Below the pieces are notes generated by a model that was not told the DNA's origin, did not search any database, and was given only the letters and a program-made list of their open reading frames with translations. 64,000 nt of DNA from a virus, in the IMG/VR virus record IMGVR_UViG_3300042554_001073. The stretch is one strand, 5' to 3'. Position 1 is the stretch's first letter. The number at the start of each line of letters is the position of its first letter. This document shows positions 25,800 to 35,960 of this stretch, piece by piece. Made by a program: the position numbers and the translations under genes.

Positions 25800-28016
25800 T
25801 TAAACTGTACCAGCTACTTCTTCAAAACTTACGCCAGTTCTGGTAGCAACGAATGTCAGAGTTACATAGTTAATGGACTTAGCAGGCTTCAGGAAGATGT
25901 CTGCTCTAAATTCATTATTGTCAATAACATCAGGAGTATTGTTTGAACTATCGCAAACAACCAAGAAGCCATAGAGACCTCTCTTAGCTTGAACATCGCG
26001 GAGATATGGTTCAACAATATTTCTGAAATTTGCTCTTGTTAGTTCATCATTCAGTTCGAAGAGTTGAGCTTGGGCAGCTCTTTGGAGTGCTTGCTCAATA
26101 GTGAGGAACAAGCGACGAACATTAATTCTATCAAAAGCAGAAGCATATGATAGAGCAGTTTTGTCTCCGAAGAGAACAGTTCCAATCCCTGGTTGAGTAA
26201 CAATTGCGTTCACTCTTTGTGGATATAATTTATCTCTCTGTGCTTTATTTGGATTGTATGCTAACTTAATAGCATTGTTGATAATACCACGCTGTTGTCC
26301 AGCAGGAGAGAACCATGGGAAGGAAACAATATTTGTGCGAGTCATTAGACCTGCAACATCAGCATTACATGGGATGTAACGGAACTTATTATTAAATCTA
26401 TCATAAGTGTACTTATATCCACTATCAAACACAGCATAAGATGATGAAGAAAGTGAACTAAAGTAGTTTACAAGATTATTTGTCTGAGTCGTTGTATTCG
26501 TAACACCTACTAGGTCTGATCTATGTGGACCAACAGTAGCAATACAATCTTTTCTCTCATTTGCTAGAGAAATTAGATAGTTTGCTTTTGCCTGAGAATC
26601 TGCTCTATCAGTTAGACCAGGACCCATGATTAAATAATCAACTTCAACTTCATCTGAGTTTGAGAAGAGTCCGTATGAAGTAATTAAATTGCCCAGATCT
26701 GCCTGCATTCCTCCAGCAGCAGAATAGTCAATACCACCACCAAGAGTATATGTTACATTTCCAATAGCAGAGAATGTTGTGTCTTGTGCGTTTTGACCCC
26801 AAAGGCCATCTGATGTTGTAATTGCTGTGAATGAATTAGCAGCAACACCACTGTATGTGGTAAATCCAGTTGCTCTTGGCGCGGTTCCCCAATAAGAATC
26901 TGCAGCATTTGATGGATTTACTCCAGCATAAATCTGATTTGAGAAATCAGCAATATACTGTTCGTACCAAATTCTTTGTGGAGAATTTACAGCAGAAACA
27001 GAGTCGAGTGCCTTAGAAAGACCTACATGCTTTTCGAGAATGTTTCCTTGAATTCCGGTGACTGTTCCTAGATCATCAACAACGGCAATATGAATACCAT
27101 CCCCTTTACCATTTCTATCAATGGAATATACATTGGATGTTGGTTTTGGAGCAATAGATTTCCAGAAAACAGTGCTATTTGTTAGACCAAGAGTTTGTTG
27201 GTCATACCAGTCAACAACTGAAGTTGGTGTGTATGGATTGGAAGCAGAAACTCCAGTATTGATACCAGAGTTATTAACAAAGTAGATTGAATCTGATGTA
27301 TCAAAGGAATTAAATCCAGACCCTTCGGCATAATCAATTTTTGTCTCTGTTCCTGCAGAAGAAACTCTTGAAACAATTTTTACGGTAACTGTGCTAGCAG
27401 CGTTTGTAGCATCTGTTGAAACACCCGTGATGATTCCTTTTAGGTGTCCAACAAAGTTGCTTGTGCTTCCAGAACCAGCGAGAGTTCCAGATACAGCTGC
27501 GGTAATTCCATATCCGATTACAGCACCCGCATTACCTAGGTTAGTTGTATTAATACCAATGATTTGGTCTCCCAAGTCATCAATTACACAAACCTTTAAG
27601 CTATTTGCCCATGAACCTGGGTTCTTTGCAGCAAAAGTGAAACTAGTGTCATCAACGTGATTATTGGTATAATCGTCATAGTTATCAATACTCAGAGATG
27701 CTGTAGATGCTGCGCCAACACCAGCGTTTGCATTGTTAAGAGTTGTTCCGCCAGTTCTTACAACCTTTAATACACCACCATATGAAAGGAATGATGAAGC
27801 ACTCATCCAATATTCGTATTGGGAATCTGTTGAGAGTGGTTTTCCAAATACGTTTATTAATTCTTGCTCTGTGGTGATATCGATGGGATCGTCAACGGGT
27901 CCAATAGGAAATGGTCCAGCAATCGCACCAATATTATCTAAAACATTATCAGCTCTTCCTACCGTTAAATCAACTTCCCTGACGAGTACGCCTGGAGATA
28001 ATTGAGGAGTCGCCAT
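25800..28016 (-). CDS. g18: Tail sheath protein gp18
   Basis: SPGVLVREVDLT, PWFSPAGQQRG, FGDKTA..SAFDRINVRRLF, FLKPAKSINYVTLTF. Confidence 0.98.
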   Translation of the reverse strand: MATPQLSPGVLVREVDLTVGRADNVLDNIGAIAGPFPIGPVDDPIDITTEQELINVFGKPLSTDSQYEYWMSASSFLSYGGVLKVVRTGGTTLNNANAGVGAASTASLSIDNYDDYTNNHVDDTSFTFAAKNPGSWANSLKVCVIDDLGDQIIGINTTNLGNAGAVIGYGITAAVSGTLAGSGSTSNFVGHLKGIITGVSTDATNAASTVTVKIVSRVSSAGTETKIDYAEGSGFNSFDTSDSIYFVNNSGINTGVSASNPYTPTSVVDWYDQQTLGLTNSTVFWKSIAPKPTSNVYSIDRNGKGDGIHIAVVDDLGTVTGIQGNILEKHVGLSKALDSVSAVNSPQRIWYEQYIADFSNQIYAGVNPSNAADSYWGTAPRATGFTTYSGVAANSFTAITTSDGLWGQNAQDTTFSAIGNVTYTLGGGIDYSAAGGMQADLGNLITSYGLFSNSDEVEVDYLIMGPGLTDRADSQAKANYLISLANERKDCIATVGPHRSDLVGVTNTTTQTNNLVNYFSSLSSSSYAVFDSGYKYTYDRFNNKFRYIPCNADVAGLMTRTNIVSFPWFSPAGQQRGIINNAIKLAYNPNKAQRDKLYPQRVNAIVTQPGIGTVLFGDKTALSYASAFDRINVRRLFLTIEQALQRAAQAQLFELNDELTRANFRNIVEPYLRDVQAKRGLYGFLVVCDSSNNTPDVIDNNEFRADIFLKPAKSINYVTLTFVATRTGVSFEEVAGTV

Positions 28017-28099
28017 TTTTTTCTCCGTAAAATCTCAGTTTATCTACAAAATATTTATTAAAAACTTACTTTTCACGGGGGAAACGTGACGTGAATAAT

Positions 28100-28330
28100 C
28101 TACCAGTCAGGATATTCCCATTTATCAAAAACTCCTGATGTAATTTTACTAGCAACTATCCTTTTTATTGTACATTCTTTACATTCATATGAATATGATG
28201 AAGCAACTGCTCCACGGTCTTTACGAGTTCTATAGAAACCATCTATCAAATTTTTTATTTCTCCACAAACCCTACACTTTCTATCAACAAGCAATAAGTG
28301 TCCTAAATTTATCTGCTTGCCTATTTCCAT
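28100..28330 (-). CDS. Small zinc-finger protein (CxxC...CxxC)
   Basis: KCRVCGE...YECKEC. Confidence 0.7.
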   Translation of the reverse strand: MEIGKQINLGHLLLVDRKCRVCGEIKNLIDGFYRTRKDRGAVASSYSYECKECTIKRIVASKITSGVFDKWEYPDW

Positions 28331-29976
28331 TATCTATATTCCCACATGTATGCCATATCACCATATTCATCTGTAAACCATCGATCTCCACTAGAATCTA
28401 CAAAACTATCTTCACTACTGATACCATCTACAACAAATCCAAATGGTGCCATATCTTGTTCTATCTGATTTTTTTGTTCTTCATATATTCTCTTTCTTAT
28501 ATCTTGATCGGTAAGTTCTTTGAAATAATCTTGAGCTACCAACCATGCATAGATAACCAAACACATTGCCAAATCATCATTACAACCCTCTTCCGCCTCG
28601 AAAGAATTGTGTTTTGATACAAAAGTTGTCAACTCACTAATAATCTCATAATCATTAAAGATAAGTTTATTCTCTTCTATCATTGTTTTGAGATTAAGAG
28701 ATCCTACCTTTTTGACAGTTTTAGACATCTTAACACCCAATTGTGTTTTCTTACCAGAAAATCCTTGACCAACTATTTGCCCAGCACGACCTCTCATAGA
28801 GCACATCAGAACATTTTGATACTCTAGATCATAATGAAGAAGTGATGCTACTTGATCTCCAATATCATTTACTTCGCACAAAATATACGCACCATTATAA
28901 TTTTTAGCTACTTCATATATGATATTTGGGAACATCATTGGTTTTATCTCATTGTTTCTATACTTTGCAACCACTCTATGTGGAAATTCTGTAATATCTA
29001 CAACTACAAATGCTGAATAGTCTTCTCCAACTCCTCTAGCTACGTCAACAGTAATGACATAATCATGATCTTCTTTAACCTCTTCATACACATCTAGTCC
29101 AGCACTTTGAGTTCTTGGACTGTCATAAACTAAACTTCGCAGTTTTGATGGTGCAATTAGAGTATCAACCGAACCTAAAAATTCACATTCAAACTCAACC
29201 TTAAACTGTTGCTCGGAAGTGTTGGCAATAGTTTGTGCTTTCCATACTTCATCTCTTCCAGGAACTTCGCTCCAATGAACGTCTGTGAATACATATTCGT
29301 TCTTACCTTTCTCCGCATCATGCCACATGCGGTAGAAGTGATTCATACCATGAGGCGTAGATACAATAATTACTTTTGTGTTTTTACCTGAAGTAATTGT
29401 TGGATATACTGAAGCAAAGAATGAATCTGCGATGTGATTTGGAACGAACGCAAATTCGTCCAAAAATAAAATGTTGAATGACATACCACGAACCGCAGAA
29501 GCAGAAGTAGAAGCAGCCAAGATTTTACTTCCGTTCTCAAGTTCAAGAGAACCCTTGTTCCAAGAGATGATACCCTGTTGCATCCACTTTGGTAGATTTT
29601 CATATGCTGTCTGCAATCTGTCTAATAGTTCTCTAGCAGTTGCTGCTTTGTTTGCAAGAATACCTATATTTACATTATCATTGAATACAGCATAGTGTAG
29701 AAGGAAAGATACTACAGTTGTAGATTTTCCTGTCTGACGAGGCATCTTACAGATATTAAATCTGTGTTGGTGGAAGTTTTTGATTAACTTCTCTTGAAAG
29801 TGATATGGTTTAAATGTTTGTAGACCATGATCAAGAGTAACAATCTTTACATAGTTATTCGCAAAATAAACAGGATCGTCCTGACACTTTACAAATTCGA
29901 GAACTTGCTCCTCAGTAAATTCAATTGGAGTGTTAGCCTTTTTAAGTAAAGGATTACCAAGATATACATCACTCAT
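28330..29976 (-). CDS. g17: Terminase large subunit gp17
   Basis: MPRQTGKST, VRGMSFNILFLDEFAF, VSTPHGMNHFY, VDVARG, NDDLAM. Confidence 0.98.
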   Translation of the reverse strand: MSDVYLGNPLLKKANTPIEFTEEQVLEFVKCQDDPVYFANNYVKIVTLDHGLQTFKPYHFQEKLIKNFHQHRFNICKMPRQTGKSTTVVSFLLHYAVFNDNVNIGILANKAATARELLDRLQTAYENLPKWMQQGIISWNKGSLELENGSKILAASTSASAVRGMSFNILFLDEFAFVPNHIADSFFASVYPTITSGKNTKVIIVSTPHGMNHFYRMWHDAEKGKNEYVFTDVHWSEVPGRDEVWKAQTIANTSEQQFKVEFECEFLGSVDTLIAPSKLRSLVYDSPRTQSAGLDVYEEVKEDHDYVITVDVARGVGEDYSAFVVVDITEFPHRVVAKYRNNEIKPMMFPNIIYEVAKNYNGAYILCEVNDIGDQVASLLHYDLEYQNVLMCSMRGRAGQIVGQGFSGKKTQLGVKMSKTVKKVGSLNLKTMIEENKLIFNDYEIISELTTFVSKHNSFEAEEGCNDDLAMCLVIYAWLVAQDYFKELTDQDIRKRIYEEQKNQIEQDMAPFGFVVDGISSEDSFVDSSGDRWFTDEYGDMAYMWEYR

Positions 29977-29994
29977 AATAAAACCTCTTAGTTA

Positions 29995-31629
29995 TTAATT
30001 GCAGTTCCAGCGTTTACGTGCTGCTTTACCCCTTTCTCCAGTCCAACTTCTAGAACGACTACAGAAATTTTTTCTTCTTTTCCAGTCTGCCGAACCTGGT
30101 TTTAATTCTGAAGGAGGTGTAGTAACAGCGGTTTTAAGTTTTGAACCTCGATTCTGTCTACGATAAGCATTTACTGCTTTCCGACTCAAACCATCGGTTT
30201 TGTCTTGACGATTGACTTTTTGCCAATCTTCTACTTGAAAAAATGGTTCTCCTGGCTCTCTTTCAGTTACTTTGGAGTAAATAACTTTTGCGCCTGGATA
30301 TACTTTTTGAATTTGCTCTTCAACTTCTTTCTTGCTTGGGAGTTTTGCTTGTGGGAAGAACATCTTTAGGGAATAACTCTTTCCTCTCCACATGCAGATA
30401 ACCATTACCAAATTTCCAACCTTTGCCTGAATACGAGTTGCCTCATCAACCTGAGACTTAAATCCTTTGATTGGTTCGGGTTCAATCAAATCAATAACCT
30501 CAGCAAAAGTATTACCATCAGCATCCTCAATAGTTACGTCTTCTTTCTTTACGCAACGATTGTATTTTTTACCAAAAAGTTTTTGCGTGCCCTTCTTTTC
30601 ATAACCTGGCCAACATTTCATCTCTTCCATCTCTCCACCAGCAACATAATCTGCTGCCGTATCAATGTAATCTGCTGCCTTGGTAATCTTTGATTGTACC
30701 CATGCTTCTAAAGATCCTTCTCCATTCTCTACTTTAGATTGTAGTCTTCTAACAGCATCTAAAATAGTACTTAATTCAGATCTTGCCATTGAATATTCTT
30801 CATCTTTTACCGAAACCTTATCCCATGCTTTGCCACCATAAGCACATTCCGATCTAGTTTCTCTTTTATCGCATAAAGGACAATATCTTTCTTCTTCGTG
30901 CATATGTGTTTCCTCCGTTTTAGTTCCCCAGTTATCAGCACCAACCTTACGACACTTTACAAGTGCTCCAGAAGCATATGCGCTAGGCCAAACGCTATAT
31001 CTCGACTTTACCTTATGGTAGCAAGCATCTTTTTTGCCACTACCTTTTCCTGGTTTGTCTTTTACTTCTTGAATGTCCATCTCTTCAGTTCTTACGTTAG
31101 TTGGTTTTACTCCACCAGTTTTTTCTGGTTGATTTGGATCTAAGCGATTCTTTCTTCTTCTTGCTTTTTCTTCTTCTTCTGGCGAAAGATTTGCTGCCAT
31201 TTTAGAACTTCCGCATTTTGGTGTGGAAGTCTGTCCAGGCTGGCGAGCACAAGGTTTCCCTGCCCATTTACCACCTAATTGAACCCAACCAGATTTTCCA
31301 TCAGATGATTTTGATTTCCCAAACCAATCACGAAGACCTTCATCTCCAGATTTAGTTTCTTCATAAGCAACCCCTCTTTTGGTGTGCTTTATTTCTCCCT
31401 TTTCTTTCGCAATTAATCTTTTAGAAACAGTGTCAAAATTTGCGATAGGATTTTCGTCTGGAATTTTTTTCTTGGGATTATCATAAATGTCCACATCACC
31501 ATCATTATCACGATCAACGTATTGAACCGTTGCGTGATGAACCAGCTGCTTTAGGTCCAAATTTGGATCTAACTGATGCTGCTTTCCTTTTAAGTGTGGT
31601 GTTTTGTGGGAGAATTTTGGATACTTCAT
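29995..31629 (-). CDS. Modular basic late protein (544 aa), probable head-associated polyprotein
   Basis: ORF track; several small Lys/Arg/Cys modules separated by Glu-ending linkers; DxDxDG motif. Confidence 0.75.
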   Translation of the reverse strand: MKYPKFSHKTPHLKGKQHQLDPNLDLKQLVHHATVQYVDRDNDGDVDIYDNPKKKIPDENPIANFDTVSKRLIAKEKGEIKHTKRGVAYEETKSGDEGLRDWFGKSKSSDGKSGWVQLGGKWAGKPCARQPGQTSTPKCGSSKMAANLSPEEEEKARRRKNRLDPNQPEKTGGVKPTNVRTEEMDIQEVKDKPGKGSGKKDACYHKVKSRYSVWPSAYASGALVKCRKVGADNWGTKTEETHMHEEERYCPLCDKRETRSECAYGGKAWDKVSVKDEEYSMARSELSTILDAVRRLQSKVENGEGSLEAWVQSKITKAADYIDTAADYVAGGEMEEMKCWPGYEKKGTQKLFGKKYNRCVKKEDVTIEDADGNTFAEVIDLIEPEPIKGFKSQVDEATRIQAKVGNLVMVICMWRGKSYSLKMFFPQAKLPSKKEVEEQIQKVYPGAKVIYSKVTEREPGEPFFQVEDWQKVNRQDKTDGLSRKAVNAYRRQNRGSKLKTAVTTPPSELKPGSADWKRRKNFCSRSRSWTGERGKAARKRWNCN

Positions 31630-31781
31630 TCAACTGGTTTTGATTTAGTCTCTTCACCTTTTGCTCTTTTTCTTCTCGCCGCACAATGAGCACGTTGAGA
31701 AAAACCTTTTGGATTTGAGCAATCAATACTCTTTTTATATTTATTAGACCACTCCTCTTGGAACTGTTTAAATGTTTTCAT
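31626..31781 (-). CDS. Small basic protein (51 aa) with capsid-targeting-like N-terminus; not in the ORF track
   Basis: Manual translation MKTFKQFQEEWSNKYKKSIDCSNPKGFSQRAHCAARRKRAKGEETKSKPVE; stop overlaps the next ATG (ATGA). Confidence 0.75.
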   Translation of the reverse strand: MKTFKQFQEEWSNKYKKSIDCSNPKGFSQRAHCAARRKRAKGEETKSKPVE

Positions 31782-32202
31782 CAGTAGATTGTTTTTTGAG
31801 TAGTTTTGCTAATTCTGCAGTTGATCCCACGAATAGAGCATTTGTAACATTTGTTGGACCTCTTGATTGCTTTTCTTCTTCTACCTCTTTTAACTTTTTT
31901 TGAAGGTCCATCAATTTATCCGTCGCATCAGCTACATTTTTAATTAGTTGTCCGGCAACTTCATATGCTCTTGGCATTTCACTTTCTTGGGCTAACTCTA
32001 GAATTCCATTTATTGCTTCCTGCCCCTTTTCAATTAGAGAATATAGATTTCCTCTAGTATATTCATAATCTTTTTTTACATCGTCAATTGACGATGATAT
32101 CTTTTCAATTTTTTCTATGGGATCTTGATTATCTGAAGGAATTATTTCACTCTCTACATTAAAAGTTTCGTCTAGTTTTTCAAATTTTTTTGTCATTTTC
32201 AT
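31768..32202 (-). CDS. g16: Terminase small subunit gp16
   Basis: DYEYTRGNLYSLIEKGQEAI, PRAYEVAGQLIK, VTNALFVGSTAEL. Confidence 0.9.
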   Translation of the reverse strand: MKMTKKFEKLDETFNVESEIIPSDNQDPIEKIEKISSSIDDVKKDYEYTRGNLYSLIEKGQEAINGILELAQESEMPRAYEVAGQLIKNVADATDKLMDLQKKLKEVEEEKQSRGPTNVTNALFVGSTAELAKLLKKQSTDENI

Positions 32203-33200
32203 GAAACACTTCCACTAAATCCAAAATCATCTCCATCTTCTATCAATGCGTTATCTGCAGTTGTTATAGATTTAATTGGAGCACCTATTAGGTGTGATGT
32301 TATTGTTGTATTATCTCTACCACGCTCAACAGTTAAAGTATTTCCCGATACAGATTTGACGTATACTTCTTCGCCCTCAATGTCCAAATAACTGTTTGCT
32401 GTTATTGAAGAAGCATTTTCAACGCTAATGAGTAAGTCTGTAGTTGATATATCTTTGGATAGATTTGTGAGGATAATTCCAGTATAATTTTTGATTGCTC
32501 TTGGTTCAGCAGAATATACAACTTCTCTGGATACATTGTCTCTGCTGACTCCAGTAAGGTAACTGATAGAAACCTGTTTGATGACATCCTTTGTGGCAGA
32601 AGATACTGGTCCAAACAAATATGTTTTAGCAGTAAATCTCAAAGTATAAAGCAGAACTCTTCTAGTTGTAAAATTCCCTTCATAATCATCCTGCATGGTG
32701 ATATTTTCCAAGACTATTGGAATATCTCTTTTTTCATTAATTGAATCTACTAACTCTACTGTTAAATTGTAAGATGGTTGAAAATATGGCAGTATTTGTT
32801 CAAGTATTTGTAAAGCATCGTCATTTAATTTTGACATTATGCTCAGTTCAAATTGCATATTATACGGAACTGGCATAAATGCTTTTTTGGTTTCTGTTCC
32901 TGTAGTTGAATCTTTTGATGTAAATGTTTGAGTTGTTGTAACTTTTCTAGCAGAATCGTAAGTAAGTCCAGTAAACTCAAAAGACATTCTTGGCAAGGTC
33001 ATAGCAGTAGACTTGTTCAAGTCCGGAGACTGCTCTAATCTTGCTAGAAATTTTTGAGTTGGTCCGTAAGCAAGAGGAACTTTTATAATACTTACAACTT
33101 GTTCTGAACTGTTAGTATGTCTTATTTCAATATCATTGAAAAGAGTTCCAAAAGCAATAACAGTTCTTCTTAAAATTTCGTTATAAAAATATTCAAACAT
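32199..33200 (-). CDS. g15: Tail sheath stabilizer/completion protein gp15 with C-terminal extension
   Basis: YFYNEILRRTVIAFGTLFNDI, KVPLAYGPTQKFLARL, LPRMSFE, PVPYNM, EQILPYFQP. Confidence 0.95.
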   Translation of the reverse strand: MFEYFYNEILRRTVIAFGTLFNDIEIRHTNSSEQVVSIIKVPLAYGPTQKFLARLEQSPDLNKSTAMTLPRMSFEFTGLTYDSARKVTTTQTFTSKDSTTGTETKKAFMPVPYNMQFELSIMSKLNDDALQILEQILPYFQPSYNLTVELVDSINEKRDIPIVLENITMQDDYEGNFTTRRVLLYTLRFTAKTYLFGPVSSATKDVIKQVSISYLTGVSRDNVSREVVYSAEPRAIKNYTGIILTNLSKDISTTDLLISVENASSITANSYLDIEGEEVYVKSVSGNTLTVERGRDNTTITSHLIGAPIKSITTADNALIEDGDDFGFSGSVS

Positions 33201-33238
33201 TTTTTTACCTATTATATAATTTTGGTACTGATAATTTC

Positions 33239-33246
33239 TATTTATA
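33239..33246 (-). promoter_or_regulatory. T4-type late promoter TATAAATA
   Basis: Exact consensus between the gp14 stop and gp15. Confidence 0.8.
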
Positions 33247-33247
33247 T

Positions 33248-34678
33248 TTACGGAACACCAAAGGGATTAAACTCACTAAAGTCTATTATTTGGTCGCCCT
33301 CAATTTCAATTTCATTATTGTCAGAGTACCCATCAGCATTAATGTTTGTATCAATACTTCTTATCTGATAAGAAGCACTAGATGCTGCTCCAACAACAAC
33401 TTCTCCAGCAACAAATGAACCATTTATGTTTGAAATTTCTAGTTCATTTGTAACAGCACTCCATTTTCTTACTCTGGCGGTTGTTCCACTAGTTTGACCA
33501 GTAACAACTTCATTGAATTGGAATGTTCCTATTCCAGAGCTGTATGGTGAAGAAATTATAATCGTTGGAGCAACACTATACCCCAAACCAGCATTTGTAA
33601 TTCTGATTGAAGTTATTGTACCAGCGGCACTAACAATAGCTGTTGCTGCAGCAGCGACGGTAGTAACACCACTTAGGAATATTTGGTTAGTAAATTGAAT
33701 GGTTGGTGCTGTGGAATATCCAGAACCACTAGAAGTTATGCTTACGATACCAACAATTCCACTACCAATTGTTGCTGTAGCAGCAGCACCAGAACCACCA
33801 CCACCAATAAATCTAATTCCTGGTGCTACAGTATATCCTGAACCCGCATTGATGATATCAACTGCTTGAACTGACTTTGCTGCTGGATTAACATTATCAT
33901 TACAAGCAACAATTCCACCAATCATTACAGCAGAACCTATTCCAGTAACTCCACCGAGAGGAGCTGATGAAATACCTACAGTGGGAACGCTAGTATACCC
34001 TCCACCCCTATTTGTGATAGTTATTAATCTGATTCCACCATTAACCAGTGTTGCTGTCGCTGTTGCGGTAGATCCAGACCCAATAACAGTAATGGTTTGT
34101 GTTCTTCCCAAGAATATTGCATCACCATCAGCACCAGTTGTTTCTTCTAGAGTATCGTCAATATCATCAACTCCAGTGTCTATTACTTCATCTTCATATC
34201 TGAATAGTTCGCATCTTAATTCATAAACATAGTTTTTTTGTAGTTGATAGAATGGTTTTTCGTGCTCAACAAATTTTATTTCAAATAGTCTATCTCCAAG
34301 AGGAAAATAAACTAAATCACCTTCTTTTGGTCTTGATGATAGTTTTATATTATTTTCATTTTTAATAAGAGGTGAAATATATTCTTCAAATCTCTCCTTT
34401 GAAATAATTAAAGTTATTTCATTTGTTGCCTGAATTCCAAACTTTGATAGAATGGTAGTATTATCTCCATACCCTTCAAAATTATCTACATATGCTTCAA
34501 TAGGATACGCATCATCAAACTTAGACTCAATTACTTCTCTTATAATAGTTTTTTCTGTTACATATTTTCTTGGAAGATAGTATATCTCAACACCATACAT
34601 CCTCAACTGCTCGTTGATCAAATCTTGTATTAAACTCTGTTCTTCTCTTGTTCCCTGTTGAAAGAAAGGATTTAGCAT
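33248..34678 (-). CDS. g14: Neck protein gp14 with inserted Gly/Ser/Thr-rich repeats
   Basis: LNPFF, EQLRMYG, YYLPRKY, RPKEGDLVYFPL, LFEIKFVEHEKPFYQL, DFSEFNPFG; NxGxGYxxAP repeats. Confidence 0.93.
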   Translation of the reverse strand: MLNPFFQQGTREEQSLIQDLINEQLRMYGVEIYYLPRKYVTEKTIIREVIESKFDDAYPIEAYVDNFEGYGDNTTILSKFGIQATNEITLIISKERFEEYISPLIKNENNIKLSSRPKEGDLVYFPLGDRLFEIKFVEHEKPFYQLQKNYVYELRCELFRYEDEVIDTGVDDIDDTLEETTGADGDAIFLGRTQTITVIGSGSTATATATLVNGGIRLITITNRGGGYTSVPTVGISSAPLGGVTGIGSAVMIGGIVACNDNVNPAAKSVQAVDIINAGSGYTVAPGIRFIGGGGSGAAATATIGSGIVGIVSITSSGSGYSTAPTIQFTNQIFLSGVTTVAAAATAIVSAAGTITSIRITNAGLGYSVAPTIIISSPYSSGIGTFQFNEVVTGQTSGTTARVRKWSAVTNELEISNINGSFVAGEVVVGAASSASYQIRSIDTNINADGYSDNNEIEIEGDQIIDFSEFNPFGVP

Positions 34679-34683
34679 AAGAA

Positions 34684-35532
34684 TTAACCAATCATGTCTA
34701 GTGGTGGAAGTTCATAAGTATTCGACATTCTTTCCATAATTACATCAAGTTCTTTTTGGGCATCATCATATATCTGGCGTCCGTTGAGTTCTACACCACC
34801 AGGTAACTTTACTCCCTGGAACTTAATTAGATTTTGTCCCCACTGTCTTTTTATCAAAGATGTTAGATACATCTTTAGGAATGAGTCATTCCAAACTCTA
34901 GTGTAGTCTGATGGGTCTAAGGCTCTATAGCAATCTATGATAACGTAATCACCAGCTCTTACACTTCCCCAATCTATATCCAGATAAAGTCTATCTTGTC
35001 TTTGATTGAATCTTATCTGCTTTTGTGTTGTAAGTAAAAAATCAATATCTTCCAGATAAGTTTTTGTCATAGCATATGTGAGTATCTCAGTAGATCCCCA
35101 ATAGTAAATGTCATTCAGGAATAATTGATACTTTACGCTAAACATATTGTTGGTAGTTGTGTTGCTACCGTCGAAGTGATAAATTTTTGTAATTCCTATA
35201 ACTGATGGTGGAATTTGTAAAAAATTGCTGTTTTCCTTATAGTTAAATGTAATTGAAGTTCCGTTTATGGAAGTAGATGCTGTTGTAGTAACTATTCCTG
35301 CTGTAGGAGCCTCTCCATTTGGTGCTCTACCTCTATTAATATCATCTTGAGTTAATTGGTATTTTAAGAATACTTGACCAACTCCATCAAAATGTCTTTC
35401 TTGAAAGAATTGAATAGCATCATCAACTAAATCATCTATTTGCTCATCTGCTACGTTTATTTCCAATACTGGCGCACCAAGTTTCCTCTTACAATAATTT
35501 ATTAGTTCTTGTCTAGATGTTGGTTGCGCCAT
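34684..35532 (-). CDS. g13: Neck protein gp13
   Basis: RQELINYCKRKLGAPVLEINV, HFDG, IKRQWGQNLIKFQGVKLPGGVELNG. Confidence 0.95.
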   Translation of the reverse strand: MAQPTSRQELINYCKRKLGAPVLEINVADEQIDDLVDDAIQFFQERHFDGVGQVFLKYQLTQDDINRGRAPNGEAPTAGIVTTTASTSINGTSITFNYKENSNFLQIPPSVIGITKIYHFDGSNTTTNNMFSVKYQLFLNDIYYWGSTEILTYAMTKTYLEDIDFLLTTQKQIRFNQRQDRLYLDIDWGSVRAGDYVIIDCYRALDPSDYTRVWNDSFLKMYLTSLIKRQWGQNLIKFQGVKLPGGVELNGRQIYDDAQKELDVIMERMSNTYELPPLDMIG

Positions 35533-35554
35533 TTTTTGTTACCTCTCAAAATAT

Positions 35555-35731
35555 TTAGGGATTGGTTAACATGTCGGAAAGAACTTCCTGCTGCTTCATA
35601 TAAAGTTTCATATAAGCCTTTCCAATGGTTCTCAAATCCTCAACATCTGTTATTGAATCAATTTCAATACATGCTTTAGCATATTCAAAATTTTTAGATA
35701 GATTATCTAAAACTATTTTATCAGGATCCAT
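35555..35731 (-). CDS. Small hypothetical protein (58 aa); not in the ORF track
   Basis: Manual translation MDPDKIVLDNLSKNFEYAKACIEIDSITDVEDLRTIGKAYMKLYMKQQEVLSDMLTNP; fills the gap before gp13. Confidence 0.7.
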   Translation of the reverse strand: MDPDKIVLDNLSKNFEYAKACIEIDSITDVEDLRTIGKAYMKLYMKQQEVLSDMLTNP

Positions 35732-35960
35732 TTACCAAACTCCTAAGTAAATTTTTAATTTCATTTAAGTCATCCTTCATATTAGCAAAATCATTTTCTA
35801 AATTTTGTAACTTTTGTTGCTCCTCTTCTTTAACTTTCTTTCTTGAAACATACTCTTTATACTCTGACATTTTTGTGTTAATAATTGAATTCGTTTGTGG
35901 GTCACGAAGAAGTCCATCATGACCCTTTACTTTAATAAAATCCATATCAAGCCAAAGCAA
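35721..35960 (-). CDS. Small coiled-coil hypothetical protein (likely start MDFIKV)
   Basis: KVKGHDGLLRDPQTNSIIN followed by a coiled coil; typical position upstream of gp13. Confidence 0.75.
   Translation of the reverse strand: MLWLDMDFIKVKGHDGLLRDPQTNSIINTKMSEYKEYVSRKKVKEEEQQKLQNLENDFANMKDDLNEIKNLLRSLVNGS

Noticed and set aside
11009-29976. Introns or inteins in gp46, uvsW, gp23, gp20 or gp17
   Set aside because: All ORFs are continuous and of normal length, with no intein or homing endonuclease motifs seen.
31514-31726. Track ORF of 70 aa
   Set aside because: Wrong frame; the real gene appears to be 31626-31781 (MKTFKQFQEE...), which is translationally coupled to both neighbours.
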